Part shown: piece after piece, positions 61,901-64,000 of the stretch
How positions within the stretch are numbered: the stretch's first letter is position 1
Layout of the letters: each line of letters begins with the position of its first letter
Assembly: GCA_002633005.1 (NCBI GenBank)
Contig: NMRA01000142.1
Coordinates: forward strand, 540,860 to 604,859
Direction of reading: 5' to 3'
Length of the DNA stretch: 64,000 nucleotides
Source: Phoronis australis
Lineage: Eukaryota > Animalia > Phoronida
Notes under the pieces: model-generated
What the model was told of the DNA's origin: nothing
What the model saw: only the letters and a program-made list of their open reading frames with translations
Database searches by the model: none
Made by a program: the position numbers and the translations under genes

Positions 61901-64000
61901 AACGCAACCACCCATAATTTTTTATTTCAGTTGCCTTCCCCCCTCCCACACAGATTTTGCTGGAACAGCCCTCAGTACTTCCTGTTATCAACATTTCACT
62001 AGTATTTACCGTCAATATGCACCGGTGTGCAGCCTTATTTCTGAGAACTTGTTATAGGCAGTGTACTGAAGTGACCAGCTAGAGGGCCAGTTTCTGATTT
62101 TTGAACTTATGCTGATTGGTTGACTATTGGCCTGTACTTGATTTCTGGTGTTTACTACATCTGACATTGAAGCATCCACTTTGCAGAAATTCAATGATTG
62201 GTTAATGTTCTGCTGTAGCTTCCATAGTTCAGGGCTTGGAATGACCAATGACAAAAAACTCGGAAACTTTTACGGCCCAAATCATGCGCGCTACCCAGCC
62301 TTGAAATGGTCGATGTGAACCTTTCCCCAACAAAAATCGGTAGCATGCATCTGCGTCTTTTTACCTCGTCCATCCACTCCCAACCCACACATTTTTGGCT
62401 GCAGACTGAAGAGCCGTAGTATTTGTCGCCGCGGTTTACAATAACACGAGACGTCATTGAAAATCCCACCACGCTATCCCAGATGCCCCGGCAATGTTGA
62501 CAATTTACGTTCCTCCGAAAGATAAAGAGCAACTTCCGCTTCTCGAGGTGAACGTCTGCAACGCCGCGGTAAGAAAGGAATTTGCCGCGGAAATTTTGTA
62601 TCAAATCCGATTTTTTTTACGCGGAAATATAATAAAATGCGCGGACAGAACATTTGAAAAAAGCGGAAATCCGCGTTTCGGCGGAAAATTCCAAGCCCTG
62701 ATAGTTACCTGCAAGCGATTGATGGAGACATTCTTAAAATAATTCACATCACAGGCCTGTCGTAGATTGCTGCAAAGTTTAGCAACCTTGCAAACAAAGT
62801 TATACGATGTTTACTCTAGTTTGTTGTAAAGTGGCAGTAAATGTGTTGCAATTATGTAACTGTTTTCTAGCCAAAGTGTGACTGATCTAGCTGCATCTCA
62901 GGTGCCACCAGAGGGCAGTCTGCGCTTAACTGGGAGACATACCACTAAAACTTCAGTGAGTAGACATTGTGAGTTATCTCCCTTCTTTATTGCTATCTCT
63001 CTTTTATTTTCTTTGTGTTATTTTAGTTTATTCTAATTAGTACTTTGTTTGAAATACTGTACCCTTTTGTAAAATGTATAGTTTATGTCAATTATATCTA
63101 GATATTTCTAATCTATGTAATATGTCTTCTTGCCTTGTGTACCAGATTTTTCTAATTTTCTGCTTTTGTCTTCTTTCTTGTTTTCCCTTATTGGTAAATG
63201 TCCGTGGTATTTCCTGTTGAAACCAGTACAATTTCCTTTCTTCGTGTGCACCCATATTTTGATAAAGCATTGGACAGTGTAAACATCATAATTTCCACTA
63301 TACTTGAGTGTTCACTCATTCCCAGGAGCCTGTTTCAGGAAAGTGGCTTAAGATTCAAAACAGAACTTTTGGTCTTACACTCCGCACAATTTGCGAAAAG
63401 TAATAAAATGGCAAAAAAATGCAGTCTGAGAATTTATACATAACTGCTAATTAGTATGGAGATCATTTCTTTTAAAGTATTTCTTGACTAATGCGCTCAT
63501 AACCACCTAGCTGAACCTTTATTCGTTCTGATTGGTCAGTTAAGTCGTCAATCAAAATCCTGGCGATAGGTCAACTGTGAAGTCGGATTGTAAATCTTCA
63601 GTCACTGTTCATGAAACAGAACCCAGATGTTCATGAAAATTCTTATTTACAGCTTATCTGTGAAGGGAATGTTCACTTCACAGATAAGCTGTAAATAAGA
63701 AAGTAATTGAGCCAATGTGGGATCCATAGTCACTCAATGACTGTGTTGCTAGGCAGCGGTGAATCTAATTCCTTTTAATTTGACAGGTCGTTAATGAAAA
63801 GTTAACTTTTTCTACATTACATCAATGTTTGCCTATCGTGCGTAATGAAGAATTTTGTTTTGCAGAAAGCGCGTTCTCCCCAGTCCCAGAAAAGCTCGCC
63901 CCCACCTTCCTCGCGAAGGTCACCTCGTCATGGTCCGGTGTCTAAGGTCAAGAACTCAGGGTCAGTAGTCAAAGACAAGAAGCCTGTCTCAGCACGCGGA
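37952..64000 (+). CDS. CNTROB: Centrobin (daughter-centriole coiled-coil protein); 3' end runs off the window
   Basis: Phase-consistent exons 37952..39223, 39472..39553 (EDMESVRGHLQSML), 39934..40036, 40385..40571 (LEKERTRRK), 41621..41656 (HCEHSIQTLQTK), 42083..42163 (QQQLAVAVSTEKKKDVMIEQLDK), 42542..42649 (TLAKVVEGW), 42989..43087, 43545..43700, 44066..44158, 44733..44846, 45109..45204, 45845..46107, 46700..46784, 47700..47803, 48326..49011, 49537..49621, [duplicated block], 58038..58116, 58882..58975, 59421..59596, 59998..60094, 60885..61023, 62871..62955, 63866..>64000. Motifs match recalled human centrobin (ERTRRKHCERHIQ...DTMIEQLDKTLARVVEGW). Confidence 0.93.
44471..50171 (+). repeat. 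Duplicated CNTROB segment, copy 1
   Basis: Colinear with 50173..58098; ends mid-exon (exon starts 50111) at the N at 50172. Confidence 0.95.
46108..46347 (+). repeat. 54-bp minisatellite immediately after a CNTROB exon (also at 54355-54555)
   Basis: Unit GTATGTTTTGGGAGATGGGAAGGGAAATCTCTTTGTGAAACAAGAGGTTCAGAG, about 4 copies. Confidence 0.92.
50173..58098 (+). repeat. Duplicated CNTROB segment, copy 2 (probable alternate haplotype)
   Basis: Repeats exons at 50452..50565, 50849..50944, 54908..54992, 55847..55950, 56232..56917, 57452..57536, 58038..; the exon equivalent to 45845..46107 is missing, before the N at 54354. Confidence 0.95.
51335..54100. mobile_element. Non-autonomous Tc1/mariner-superfamily (Tc2/pogo-like) DNA transposon, 2766 bp
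   Basis: 24-bp TIRs CCGTAAACGTTCGGGTTAATGCCC / GGGCGTTAACCAGAACGTTTACGG (22/24), TA on both sides, many subterminal TGGGCG(G/C)TTAA repeats, no long ORF; absent from copy 1. Confidence 0.88.
61406..61971. mobile_element. PIF/Harbinger-type MITE, 566 bp
   Basis: ~40-bp TIRs GGGCTGTTCCAG(T/C)AAAATCTGT...GGAGGGGGGAAGGCA; 3-bp TSD TCA; subterminal accaccc repeats. Confidence 0.88.
62230..62700. mobile_element. hAT-like MITE, 471 bp, with 6-bp TSD
   Basis: Perfect 13-bp TIR CAGGGCTTGGAAT / ATTCCAAGCCCTG; ATAGTT on both flanks; subterminal gcggaaa repeats. Confidence 0.88.
63323..63626. mobile_element. MITE, family A copy 2
   Basis: Ends caggagcctgtttcaggaa ... ttcatgaaacagaacccag; internal similarity to 26479-26730. 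Confidence 0.6.
63640..63701. repeat. Perfect 26-bp inverted repeat (62-nt hairpin) in CNTROB intron
   Basis: TTCTTATTTACAGCTTATCTGTGAAG - GGAATGTTCA - CTTCACAGATAAGCTGTAAATAAGAA. Confidence 0.9.

Overview
Eukaryotic, intron-rich, AT-rich animal DNA, most likely from a marine invertebrate such as a lophotrochozoan (inference from gene content and repeat types). The supplied ORF track uses prokaryote-style starts, so most of its short ORFs are spurious; I rebuilt gene models by hand from GT..AG sites and codon phase. Left to right: the 5' part of a minus-strand gene running off the left edge (CNBD-like, tentative); a divergent tRNA-Phe(GAA); a 3-exon orphan gene (-); a complete 5-exon SLC16/monocarboxylate transporter (-); two orphan genes (+); a complete TRAPPC1/BET5 (-) with a U12-type intron; and centrobin (CNTROB, +), head-to-head with TRAPPC1 and running off the right edge. 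An unexplained 95-aa ORF sits just downstream of the presumed TRAPPC1 leader exon and may be an alternative product of the same promoter. About 5.7 kb of CNTROB appears twice, joined at a single N, most likely uncollapsed haplotypes. Introns carry a truncated L1/Tx1 LINE, a degenerate hAT with a 5-bp TSD, a Tc1/mariner (Tc2-like) non-autonomous element and several MITEs and hairpins.
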